DNA of 64,000 nt from positions 136,772,001-136,836,000 of the forward strand of contig JBITNC010000001.1 of assembly GCA_050084985.1 (NCBI GenBank). The letters run 5' to 3'. This DNA is from Nageia nagi. Its lineage: Eukaryota > Plantae > Pinophyta. The first letter of the stretch is position 1, and each line of letters opens with the position of its first letter. Below are positions 40,386 to 53,114 of the stretch, piece after piece. The notes below the pieces were generated by a model that was given only the letters and a program-made list of their open reading frames with translations, made no database searches and was not told the origin of the DNA. A program made the translations under genes and the position numbers.

Positions 40386-42600
40386 TCAAACACAATTTTG
40401 CAATTATGGGGAAAGAGGTAAGTGAAATAGTGAAGGACTCCTTCAAGAATAATAATCTACTAAAGGAGTGGAATAATACTTTTCTAGCACTGATACCTAA
40501 GACTCATAATGCTAAGGGAATTAAGCATTATAGGTCGATAAGCTTGTACAATGTGACTTATAATATTATTACCAAAATCATGGTGGAAATAATTAAATCA
40601 TTACTACTAGAGCTAATATCGTATGAATACGATGGCTTTGTGCAAAAATGGAAAATTACTAATGGAATTATTATGCTACATGAAACTCTTCACTCACTCA
40701 ATGTCAAAAAGGAAGAAATAATGTTGGTAAAATGGAACATGGAGAAAGCTTAAGATAAGGTGGATTGGGAATTTTTTATGAGGGTCCTTGAAAGGTTTAG
40801 CTTTAGATATAAATTTAGTAATTAGGTTTATCAGTGTATCTCTACATGTAAATTTTTTATATTAGTGAATGGAGAGCTTCTGTGATTTTTCAAATCAGAA
40901 AGGAGAATTAGACAAGGGGATTCCCTTTTTTCTTATTTATTCATCATTATGGCAAAGACTCTTATAAGGTCTCTAAATGAGGCTCAAAGGAGAGAAGAGC
41001 TAATAGGGATTAACCCAACTAGATTAGGAAGGCCTTATACTCATCACCAAGTTGTGGATGAGCCTATTTTAATAGACCTAGCTAAGAAGAGTGAAGCTAG
41101 AAATTTAAAGAAAGTATTTTCTATATACGAGAGAGCTTCACAACAAAATGTAGACCTCCAAAAAGCTAAAGTCTTTGTGCCTAAATCCTCTTTGAAGAGA
41201 AAGAAAAGATTGGAAAATAATCTTGGGTGTCATATCAATAATCTACCTACAACCTACTTAGGGATACCCTTATTTTGTTGTAAAATTAAGGAAACATATT
41301 AGGATATTCTAATTGATAAGATACAGAGTAAGCTTTTAGGATGGAAGAATAATACTTTGAGCTATGCATGTATGCTAAGCTTGATCAAATATAAATTACA
41401 AAGTATGCCAATTTACTTTGTCGTAGTGTTTAAGATCCCTATATTAGTGGTGAGTAAAATTAATAAACTTTGTGAAGACATTTTATGGGAAGGGGGAGAA
41501 GAAATTTAATTTGGTGTCTTGGGATATAATATGCTATGAAAAAGCAAAGGGGTATTGGGTTTTAAAAGAACAAAATGGCTAAGTGCAACTTTAAGAGAGA
41601 AGATGGCATGGAGGTTAATTTATGAAAAGGAAATAGACTAGATAAGAATTTGTAAAGCTAAATACTTACAAAAATATAACAATTTTATGAGGATAGAGAA
41701 TTCACCTATAGGGTCACCATTTTGGAATGGACTGAAACAAGTTCAAGGATTATTAAATAGATTCCTCAGATGGAACATAGGAAATGGGTAGGATACATTC
41801 TTTTGGGAGGACTCATGTTTGAGGACATAACCTCTAGTATGCTACAATAAGCTTAGGAAGGCTACAAAGTAGGTGATTAGAAATTAGGGTGATAAGATAA
41901 CATATTGTTAGGATATAGATAGTCAACTCTAAAATATAAGAAAAGAAAATAAAAAGAATATTGAGGAGGTTATAAAAGAGGCAAGGAAAGAACTAAAGAG
42001 TAAAGATATAAAAGGCTCAAATACTAGGGATGTTCCTCAATGGATATTGTCAAAGGATAGGATGTTCAATGTAAAGGATGCTTCTAATCTTCTCCAAGAA
42101 AATGATAAGAAAGAGAAGGAGAGGGTGTGTAGGTATGTTTGGGAGGATAAGCTCATCCCTAAAATTACTTTCTTTAGGTGGAACCTTTCCCATAACAAAA
42201 TCATTACATTGGATAAGCTTCAAAGGAGGGGATTCCAGGGATCAGGCATATGCCCTCTTTGTAAGAGTCATGAGGAGACTAGTGTTCATCTATTTATACA
42301 TTGTGAATTCTCAAGGAAGATCTAAAGGATAGTGACTAAAGGGTTGAAGTATAATTGGGGGGATTAGAACATAATTCTTGAGATGATAATAAGTTGGGTT
42401 GAATTGATAAAATGAAAATGGGAGGGGATTATTAGAAATATTATTCATGCCCATTATCAATGGAAAATATGGAAGGAACATAATACAATGATCTTTGATC
42501 ATAGGGAGAGTGAAGTGAATATGATTATAAAATTAATACTACTAAGAGCCAATGAAAACATTATAGCCCATATGAACAATGTAAAAGGTGGTGAATCCAT
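40386..42600 (+). pseudogene. L1 ORF2 reverse transcriptase and zf-RVT region
   Basis: ORFs 40376-40753, 40949-41302 and 42047-42325 carry plant L1 RT and zinc-finger motifs. Confidence 0.93.
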
Positions 42601-43184
42601 CTTGGAAAGGATTTAAACTTTAAAAAGGTAAAGAGGAGGTGATCCCTACTACTTATAAGCATAATAGGGAAGTATTAATGATTTTTAGTGTGCTACTCAA
42701 GTGAAAGAACTTTGCTGAGAAGATGAGTGAGGTGGAAATAAAGTAAAAGTGAGATTGTGTGGGAATCATCACTACTAGAAATCCATCCCAGTCTTAGGTG
42801 GGTCCTTTCTCTTGTAAGTCTTTATGGGTCCCTACTTCTCTCCTATACCTTGATTGGCTCTCTCAACCTCATGTGTCCTTATCCTTAGCTCAACCCTTGA
42901 TGAATATCTGACTAGGCCCTAATATTTTGATAAAAAAGATTCATCATTTTCCTCATGTGCCCTCATTGACCATCAATCCTAATCCTTAGAGAGTCTTTTG
43001 TACTTTTTTCCTCTAATAACCCTTCCTACTTACTACTAACACCATAAATTGCTCCATCTCCCCTAAGAGCTTCTTCCACCACCCTGACACCTTTATTTTT
43101 TCCTTTTCCTCTCCTTCTTAGGTCTCTTGGATCACCCTTTCTCATAGTCCTTTGGTGCTATTTATAAAGAGCTATATCATAAAC

Positions 43185-44977
43185 CGATCCACAATTCTCT
43201 CAAAGAATCTAAATACTACACACTCAATTTAATCAAGTGCTTGAAATAAAAGGATTAATTAGATAGAAATTCCAATCTTTAATTGTGAATTACTCAATAA
43301 TCAAGAATTTTAAGAAAGCAAGAAATGGAAAAAAATAAACACCGCAGACACAATACAAGAGACAAATATTTTACCTTGGTTTGATACTCCCGCTTACATC
43401 CAACAAATGCTCTCTGTAATTAATGATGGGTGTTACAAAATGGCCGCTCAGGCTCTTCACTCCTCACTCCTCTCTCTTTACAAACTCAAAATGGACTTAC
43501 AAACACGCTCTTGCAATCTCCTTACAGCTCACAGCAAGTCTCCGCAAATCATGTATGCTCTCACAAAAATCTTCAAATTTTAATTCACCTTTTCTTCGAA
43601 ATTTTGCTCTTTTAAAAAATATGATCCCAATCACGTATCAAACAACAAATAGTATTTTAAGATACCCATTTTATTGTTTTAACAATAACTCCATTTTAAA
43701 GCTTATACTATTAAACTCAACTCCTTGAATTTACCTCCGAAACTAAAAATATTCACCTTCTGGATTGTACAGGTTTAGAAATGATCTTCAGCCAAGTAAT
43801 AGGCCTAACAACCAATAAAAATTAAAACCGAACCTTTAAAAATATTAAAATCCATGCAAACCACTTAAAATGGACGGATCCACTAAGAGATTGCCACTTG
43901 GTGGCATGCTATGGTCGGTCAAGTAAGGTTGACCAGCGCTTTATTGGAAGTCCTGGTGTTTTTTTAAATGAAACGCTTGATGGTGTTTCCAAGGTAGCAG
44001 GCGATCGGTCAAGGTGCAACTGGCAAAGTTTGATGGTGGACGATGATTTGTCGGGTGGTTTTGCGGCTCCTCAGATGGTTTGGCAACTTGTCAGACTACC
44101 TTCCCAAGGTGGCTCCTTCACCTTAACATCTTACATTAGCGTTGTTGGATTCTCACTTTTCCAGATTGCATCAACTTCACACGATGAGCCCCCTTCATTC
44201 ACTGTTCCCTGACGAACTCTTCCACGCTGAAAACTCCAAAACACTTCAACAGATCAAAGGTTTCAAGCCATCCTTGCTTTAGCCATGAATTACACATCCT
44301 CCATGTTGCAGCTCATGAAACTGCATCTGCATTGTACACCTTATCAAATAATTGACAGGCCTACTGTATGTTCTCAAACTTAATATACATGTCTATCAGG
44401 GAACTACAACCACAACATTTGATGCAAAGCATTTTAAGCTACTCGTTGACGGACATCCACGCCCGCTTCTAGAGCTCCCTGGCAACATATGCTTATAAAT
44501 GCTGGCAAGGTTGTAGAGTGTATATTTACTCTTGATGATTACATCTACTTAATATTAATACAAGCCTTTTTAGAAAAACTAATCTGTGCATATCCTAAGA
44601 TTAATGTCGTCCGTGAAACTGTATCTGCATTTGCATCTATAAAACCATCCCCACACCTTCTCTTCACTTCCACGTTTTGCATACAATCTTCATGGTATGC
44701 ACAGCCATAGCATTCACTAATTAAATTACTAATTGATGGGTGTTCATACCTTCGCGTAGAGCTCTCATGGTCGCTAAACATAATTTTAATATTCAAACTT
44801 ATTATCTTTAGCCTTTTCAAATATTAAAAAATACTAATAATACTTCAAAATTGCAAATGCAATAGGAGTTGGATTTTTGATCTGAAAGAGGCATCAGAAA
44901 GCTAAAGTTTAACCAAACAAAATGATCATGATAAACATGCTATTTCTAGACATAAAAGAGATCTAAATTTCGGATCA
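43185..44977 (-). repeat. 3' LTR of element D (1793 bp)
   Basis: (T>C)GATCC...GGATCA termini; homologous to 46637-47047 plus 54033-54981. Confidence 0.93.
44305..44700 (-). pseudogene. Captured PLS-class PPR gene fragment in the 3' LTR of D
   Basis: Across frameshifts: YAKRGS...NADTVSRTTLILGYAQISFSKKA...M*SSRVNIHSTT...GALEAGVDVRQ...FASNVVV...SLIDMYIKFENIQ*ACQLFDKVYNADAVS*. Confidence 0.88.
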
Positions 44978-46636
44978 TACCTTCCAATGAAGAATAAGCT
45001 TTCATCCCCAAAGTGCTTTTACACCTTAATCACCATTATTGCAAGAGCATTATTGATTCCATTGCTACTCAAAAATGAGACGAGGATTCTCTCCTCGTAC
45101 AAGCTTCGGATGCCAAATATTTTTTCTACCACCTTTGACCCTGGAACCTCCATATCCTTCTTCCCAGTATTTGATTCAGCTGCTTCTTTCCTCATAACTC
45201 GAGGACTTGAAAACACACAACTCAAGGTCTCATCATGGGATTTCTTTACCAAGAATCCACATAGTAATCCAAACAACATACAAAGAGTTGGAACTGCAAG
45301 CATTGTACTATGATACATGCCAAAGAATATACCAAACTCATAATTACTAATTGTTGAAAATTGACAATGAATCCAAGATAAGTTATTACCTCTCGTTCTT
45401 GGGACCTCCTTGATTCTCTGAGAAATAAGACCCCTCAACATAGACTTCTTACTTTGGATCTTATGGGAATTTACCTTAAAACAAACTCTATACTTCATGA
45501 AGTGATATTTGTTCATATGATGGTAGAAAATTGCATCTCGCTTATACAAGTAAGGACTTCCAAGAATGATGAGTTGGAAGTTTGTGGGTAACACATCCAT
45601 TATCATTTCATTAATAGAATTCACATTGATGCCAAATTTGATTTGGTACTACTATGTAATCAGAAACTCTCCAACACTACCTCCTAAATCATAAGGCTTT
45701 GGATGCTCCATCACCTCTAAACCCAACTCTATCACTAGGTCCTCTGTAATCAAATTAGACTGTGATCCAGGATTCTTGTCTTTTTCATTTGCAATTTTAG
45801 AAAAAATAACTCTTCTTCTTTCTTAAAAGAAAATGGATCTCTCACTCCCATGAGTGTCAACTTCCTGGCACTCTTACTATCATCATCAGATAGTCTCAAA
45901 TGCACCTCAATTATCCTTTGTTGAATGCTACAATAAGCTTTGGATACATGACCTGACCACACTGTGCACAAACCACTTTCATAAAATCTGGTCCCTTTCT
46001 TGATGACTCTCTAGGTTTGAAAGTCTTCTTCTCTTTGAGATAGAACACACTTGATTCTTGAAGGTCATATGGCATTGGAGATGAAAATGATGATGTAGAA
46101 GGCGAAGTAGGTCTAATAGATTTTCCCCTTATATAGGAAACTTGACCAACAAATCTACATGAATATTCCATTGAAGGAACCAATGAAAATTTAGGAGTCT
46201 CTACTGCCTCATTCACACCATGTGTTTTCTTGGATTCTTTACACCATTGCCTATAACACATCCAATAGTTTCCCTTTCAATATCCTTCCTTGTTATAGAA
46301 TTCATACACCTTATGCAAAAGGGGTTTCATAATTGAAACGCAATGAATTAGAGATGAAGTCTCCATATAATCCATAATACTCTTCCCTCTAGAAGAATCC
46401 TCCATCTCTCTGGGTGAAATTGATGCAACTTGCTCATTCAGAATAGATTGTTGAATTTGAGCCTCTATCTCCAAAGACATAGCCCCTTGTGTTCCTAGCA
46501 TGAATCTGCTTTGCAACTCTTCAACAACTTCGATCAAGTCTATTGCTTGATTTTCCAAATAGGTAATATGAGCATTTTCATCAATAAAATTTATTGCACA
46601 AATTCAATTCCCAACACAAATTGCTCTAATACCACT
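44978..46636 (-). pseudogene. Internal region of D: gag-like remnant and aspartic protease; no RT or integrase
   Basis: DPGSQSNLITEDLVIELGLEVMEHPKPYDLG (~45690-45775) and IILGSPYLYKRDAIFY (ORF 45019-45624). Confidence 0.8.
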
Positions 46637-47303
46637 TGATCTGTAATTCTCTCAAAGAATTTAGATAATACACACTCAACAATTTAATCAAGTGCTTGAA
46701 ATAAAAAGATTAATTAGACAATAATTCCAATTTTTAATTGTGAATTGCTCAATAATCAAAAATTATAAGAAAGTAGAAAATGGAGGAAAATAAACACCAC
46801 ACTCACAATACAAGAGACAAATATTTTACCCTAGTTGTGCACTCCCGCCTACATTCAGCAAATGCTCTTTACAATTAATGATGGTGTATCCAAGGTAGCA
46901 TGTGATCGGTCAAAGCGTGGCTGGCAAAGTCAGATGGTGGACGGTGGCTTGTCAGGTAGTTGGGCGGTTTGTCGGACCACCTTCCCAAGGTGTATCCTTC
47001 ACCTTAGCATCTTACATTGATGTTGTTAGATCCACACGAAACCCTCCCAGGGATCAAATTTGAAGCCTTCAATGGCCTTCAAAAGCATTTTTACCCTTCA
47101 AATAAGGATGATTAAAAAATCAACTGTAAAAAAAAAAGCAACTATTTAAATTTGCCCTTCATCATTTAAGGATGACATTAAATTCAAAATTTCAAAAGAA
47201 GGGTAAATTTAAAAATTACCCTTCAAAAATTAATTTTAAAATTAAAAAATATATTATATATAAATTATTAAATTTAATATATTATAAAATAAAAATTGAT
47301 ATA

Positions 47304-47485
47304 TAATTAATACCTCTCTAAAATAAAGTATTGCATATCATAGTGGACTTCAAATTTCAATATGCATGTGACTTGTGAGTGGTGCATTAATAATCAATTA
47401 ATACCTCTCTAAAAAAAAGTATTGCATGTCATAGTGGACTTCAATTTCAATGTGCATGTGAGTGGTGCATTAATAACCAATTAAT
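47304..47485. repeat. ~90 bp tandem duplication in the hAT left subterminal region
   Basis: AATTAATACCTCTCTAAAA...GTGGTGCATTAATAA occurs twice. Confidence 0.9.
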
Positions 47486-47984
47486 AACTATCAAATGTAA
47501 ATTATGTAACGTTTTCACATTCAAAAATTTCAAATTTAGAATATTTCTAATTTAAGAATTGATGGATTGATAATTTTTAATAGCAAAATTCTATCACAAA
47601 ACTCACAACTTCACTCTGTACACAACCAAGCTTTGCATGTGGACCGGTGGTACTCTGATCATGGATCAAATCTTCATAGCTAAGAAAGGAGAGTCAAGTG
47701 TTTGGTAACTGGTAAGTACATTATCCCTGATATATCAAATCTTGGTTAGATGTTTCATATTTTGTTTATGTAAATCCTCATCTCCATATTATCCATGGTA
47801 AATACCTATCTCTGATTCTCCATGGCGCCCATTCACAAAAACATATCCATTTGAGGAATAAGCTTGTTCATTTTGAGCTTGACTAAAAGCTTGATCATGG
47901 TGGTGAATCAGTGATTTTCATTCACCATGGAATTCACACAAGTATTATGCTTGGTTGGAATACACTAGGTTGCCTCCGTTCCAT

Positions 47985-48330
47985 AGATCTTCTGGATTTT
48001 GGAGGTGTGACCTGTCTTCTATAAGAAAATATGTACTCTTTTCCAACTTCAAACCAAATACACCCATAGGGCTCCTTTTTCTCCAACATCCTTGCTCTCT
48101 AGATGTCATTCCAAGCAAACTACTCTGTATAAATATTTGAAATAGAAAAATAATTTGAAGCAGAAGGATTATTACAATAAATTTCCTCTATTTTTGCATT
48201 CTTATATGATATATAACCATAAAGCAGAGACCTCCACACACTCACTTCAAGCTTCTGGGTATTTAGGAATTGAAGTTCAAAGCCTCCTGAGGATAACTTG
48301 CAGGACCCAACAGATCAATAATGCATGTCT
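47985..48330 (-). pseudogene. Captured PPR E/E+ domain fragment inside the hAT
   Basis: TCIIDLLGPASYPQEALNF...EVSVWRSLLYGYISYKNAKI...ASNYFSISNIYTE*FAWNDI*RAR...GCIWFEVGK/RVHI/FLIEDRSHLQ, matching the CMVDLLGRAG, VWxSLL, YVLLSNIYA, GCSWIEV and GDRSHPQ motifs. Confidence 0.88.
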
Positions 48331-48889
48331 AAAGATTCACCCAATTCAGGTTGTGAGGTAATTATCATAGTTGAAAAAACTCAATAGAAAATCATTTAAG
48401 AAATTTTGCTTGACAACAAAAAGAATACATTTTACTATGGGGTGTCACTTCCCAATGCCTATAAGATATCATACAAGATGTCATTCATGGGTTAAATGGA
48501 TGCATACACTGTCAATGAAGGTAGTGCAATTACATTTGCAAAACTTACATAGGAAATTCCAAGCACATATATAATGAATATTACCTATGTATATAAAATA
48601 GGCCTAGAGCAACCTATGTTACTTCTGTGTTATAGTCTGCTAATTCTTACTTCCAACTTCCAATTCTATTACTTCCTGCTAACAGTAAATTGTAATTTCC
48701 ATCTCCTACCTTCCTTGAAAGAGAATCTTCTTATGTGGACTCATGTATATTATATCTTCATCACAGAAAGCAACCCAACGCTCGTGCTCTTTGCCCTTTG
48801 TCTATTTATGATCCAGCAAAGCAGAAGAGAAATCAAGTGCAGTATTTGAGAATCGAGATCTTTTCTTGAATTTTTAACTCCATAAAAGC

Positions 48890-49168
48890 ATGGCAGTGGA
48901 TTCTGTAAGCCCAATGGAGGTCAGTAAAGGTGAAGAAGAAGAAAATTCGCTAGTGGAGCAAGTGGCGTTTATAGTGAGCACAGATGACGACCCATCCATT
49001 CCAATATGGAATTTTTGGATGTGGTTCGTGGGCATCCTCTCTTGCATCATGCTCTCTTTCTTAAACTAATTTTTTGGCTACAGGACGGAGCCTCTTATCA
49101 TTACATAAATTTTAGTTCAAGTAGCCATGCTTTTGATTGGCCACTTCATGGCTTTATTTCTTCCCACA
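48890..49168 (+). pseudogene. OPT: Captured 5' fragment of an oligopeptide transporter (OPT family, OPT4-like), with two nonsense codons
   Basis: MAVDSVSPMEVSKGEEEENSLVEQVAFIVSTDDDPSIPIWNFWMWFVGILSCIMLSFLN*FFGYRTEPLIIT*ILVQVAMLLIGHFMALFLP. Confidence 0.93.
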
Positions 49169-49199
49169 TTTAGAAACATACATAGTATAGCTTAAACCA

Positions 49200-49730
49200 T
49201 TGACAATTTTATCTCCTATAAAGTCCTTCAAATCTTCTCAAAAAATCATTTAAACATTCTCTACAATCATTGTGCTCATTTTAGTCCATGAGAAGGCATC
49301 TCTCTACTACATTTTTTCCAACAAAACTTAGGTATTCTTTTTATATTCCATATGTTTACATACATGTTTTATTTTCTTCGTTCAAAACATCTCCAATTTT
49401 CTAATGAATGCCTGTTATAAGAATACCATAAAATATATCATTCTAGTTGGTTCCCATGCATTCATAGAAGCAGTATCCCATGAAAAGTATTTTCCAATCT
49501 TTTCTTTGCTTCTGTGTTGCATGTAAATCACTATTCAAGTATTTTTCCCTTGTAAAACCATTTTCAACTCCTTTGTTTTTTTTTTTTTAGTAAATCTCGG
49601 TTCTCTTGGTGCATATGCTGAAAGAATGTAGGGAAAGGTTATTTTTTCATGCTGCACATATTCATCTAATGCTCCCTTAAAACTCACATTACCTTCTACA
49701 AGAACTCCCTTGTCATCACTATTCTTCATC
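49200..49730 (-). pseudogene. Highly degenerate PLS-PPR-like fragment inside the hAT
   Basis: KITFPYILSAYA, YFSWDTASMNA, GIH*KI, NMYV, KM**RDAFSWTKM: PPR motif cores with intervening segments missing. Confidence 0.55.
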
Positions 49731-50945
49731 TATGTAACATGCTCTCCTATGATCACTAATTTTTGGACCCATTTGAACATATGATTCCGGTATGAAAAAG
49801 TATTGATTTTTGAAGAGACATAATCTATGAAAGGAAATATGAATACAAGCCAAAATGTTGATCTCCAAAAAAATACATGATTTGATCTAGAAGAACATGT
49901 TAAAAATCCAACTACAAAAATATGATGAAAATAATATGTTTATTTGTCAATAAGAAAGATTTAGGATCATGCACATACATCTGGTGATGGTAGAAAAATA
50001 GTGTTTAGCCATGAAATACAACTATTCAAGCTGATGGGAAATAGTATTAAACTGTTTAATCTTATGAGTGATGGTGCAAAAGCAAAGTTTTGCAAGGAAT
50101 CTTAAAATGGTTAAATTTTATTAAGACATATCATTTCAAAATCTTAATGTTCTTATGAAGATTTCTACAAAGCTTTAGATATTTTTCATTTATGGACTAA
50201 TAGGTATCATGCCATGTTGATTTTTTATTCTTGGGCTATTTTTCATCCTTAAATCTCCTAGGTGGCTAGTGAGTTTTAAGATAAGCTACATATTATCTTG
50301 TGGTAGTTCTTCTATTTCTCGAAACATACAAGACTAATTATTTGAGACTCATAATGATAAACACTTATTGAATATTCTACAGGACAAGGTTCAAAGTACA
50401 AAATTTGAAGATTCATTACAAATCCTTTATGGTTCTATGTTGATATTTCATTGGAAGTAGTTGAAATCAAGGTAACAATCTATTCATATAATTTGTAGAA
50501 TCTATTGGTTCTAGTTTTACTTGGAAGTTTGAAATAATGCTAATCGGAATAGTATTTTATTTTCTTCCCTTGAAGTAAAATAATATTAATATTAACCCCA
50601 ATTGTTTGTAACATTCAACAGTGTGGTAGAGACCAGGGATCAAAAAACCAGTCTCAAGTTGTCTGAACTGTGTGAACAAAGATATAGATTCCCTCTATTT
50701 GTAAGTTTAGCCTTACCATTAGATTTGAAATACACAAGCAAGCATATATTTTCTTCACCCACTGATTAGATAGTTTTGATACAATTATATTTTTGGTTTA
50801 TCATGAAGTGTAATTATGTTCATAATATTTTTTTCTTTTTTATGATCTAACAGATTGGAATCAATCCTCTTTTATTGCAACAATTGAGTGGTGTCACTGT
50901 CAATGGTATCATATTTTACAATAATTTTATTTTCATAATTCAAAA

Positions 50946-53114
50946 ATGTCTCCTATTGGGCATCCTAAGAAAGACAAGAGACAATTATCAATTACCAATG
51001 CATTTTTTAGAGCTTCTCAAAATAAAAAAGAACTAAATACTGAAGAAAATATTCATGGTGATGATGAAGGCATAGAAAAAGATCAAGCAAATATTCAGGA
51101 ACAACCATTAAAAAAAACAAAGAGAGTGTTTCGAACACATTGGAAAATGAAATTTCCATGGGCTTATCTTATCAAAGACATCAATGGAATAGAAAGGATA
51201 AAATGTGCATGATGTGAGGAATTCAAGGCCAATACTCCATTTGCAATAGAGGGAAGAACAACTATTCAAATGTGTGCATTGAATACACATGATGAATCTA
51301 AACCACATAAATAAAGTCGAAGACAAAAACAACTAAAGGACAATCCATCTCAACTTCAAATGCCAAAATGTATTGAACTTATGGTGAATTCTAAAAAGCA
51401 TAGGATCATCTCAGTGATGGAAAATATGTATTTCATTGCCATTAATAATTTACCACTTGAATTATATAAGCCAATATGTGATAAGGATAGGTACAAACAT
51501 ACTCCAAATATGCCTTTGTCTAATGAATATTCATCATACACAAATACAACATCAGGAAAAGAGTTTTTATCTGTAGCAAAAGAGGTTTATTGGAAGAAAC
51601 TAGTATTAGAAATTAGTTGCAGTCTTTTTTACTCAATTTCTATTAATGAGAGTACAGATAGAACTTTGGAGAAACATCTTATTGTTTATATAAGCTATTT
51701 AAAAAATGGTGGAAAAGGTTTATGTGTTATAAAATTTATAAGGTTAGTAAAGGTTCATGATGGAACATCTCAATCAATGTATGATGCAGTAACAAGTTTG
51801 TTAACAGAGATGGGATTACCATTATCCAAACTTGTTGGATTTGCATCAGATGGAGCATCATCAATGAGAGGGTTAAGAGAAGGATTGGCAACAAAGTTTT
51901 GACGTGATATTCCACATTTGATTGATATACATTGCATAGCTCATAGAGAAGCACTTGCAGCAAATGATGCTTCAGGATATTTTCCAGAGTTGCAATTCAT
52001 TGACAAATTTGCAAATAAGGTGTATTCTTGGTTAGGAAGGTCAATAAAGAGGAATGAAGAACTAAAAGGATTAATGGATGCATTCCAAATCACAAGGTTG
52101 GAAGTACTACAAATACATTGTGTTCGATGGTTAGCATGAGGTAAAGTTATGGAGAGACTTGTAAAATTAATGCCAACATTATTGAAGGAGTGGGAATTGG
52201 AGGATAAAAAACTATATGATATAGCAACTATTTTTCAACTTCAGTTTTATATCAATTTGCTTGTAGATGTTCTTATTGAATTAAATAAAATCAACAAAAA
52301 ATTTCAAGAAGACCATATTGATATAACATCAATTGGAGATATTTTAGATGTTATTATCAAACTTCTTCGTAAACAATTTCTAGGGACTACTTTTGGGAGG
52401 AATGCATCAAATATTACTTCTTTCCTTCAGCAATCAAAAGATGGATTTCTTGAATTTATAGATAATATAGGCAAAAAACATGTACATATTTTGAAGTTTA
52501 TAGGAATAGCTAACTCACAACGATCAGGAACACTTGATGATTGCATTGCATTAGAAAAATTATTTGTTGAAAAAGTTATAGAGAGTTTAAATGCAAGATT
52601 CATAGATTTGCATTTATTCAATGCTGTTAAGTTTTTTAGTCCTTGTAGCTATTATGATGAGGAAGATGACCGTGATATTCAAACAAAAAGGTATCTTGAT
52701 ATGTTATGTGAAAAATTTGCTATTGGAGATTTATCCTTAGTTGACAAAAATAAATGTATAGGTGAGGCATATTAGTTTGTTCTTGAACTTTATCAATCAT
52801 GTCAGAAAAAATCTATGTTCAAAGCATGGGAACATTGTGGTCAACAACTAGAATGGACTAATGGATATCCAAATTTGATGAGATTATGGCAAACTATCCT
52901 TATTTTACCAGCAAGTATAGTAGTTTGTGAAAGAGGCTTCTCTAAGCTTAACAAAATAAAAGATGCTGATAGATCGAGATTATCTTTAGACACATTGGAT
53001 ACATTGATGTTTTTATCTCTTAGTGCACCTCAAATTTTGAATGAAGTGCAATGGGATGAAATTTTTGATGTGTGGAAATAGATGAAACAAAGAAGACCTC
53101 TTCAACTTGATTAA
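50946..53114 (+). pseudogene. hAT transposase (ZNF862/DUF4371-like), 722 codons in one frame with six internal stops
   Basis: WKMKFPW...CA*C zinc finger; SINESTD; GFASDGASSMRG; IHCIAHREAL; VRWL; hATC ILPASIVVCERGFSKLNKIK. Stops at 51210, ~51312, 51900, 52137, 52773 and 53079. Confidence 0.95.

Noticed and set aside
45019-45200. Chromodomain at the end of the element D internal ORF (VEKIFGIR)
   Set aside because: Only a few residues resemble the motif; unsupported without an HMM search.
50946-53114. Domesticated ZNF862-like host gene
   Set aside because: It is bounded by TIRs and a TSD, inserted in an LTR, and has six nonsense codons.
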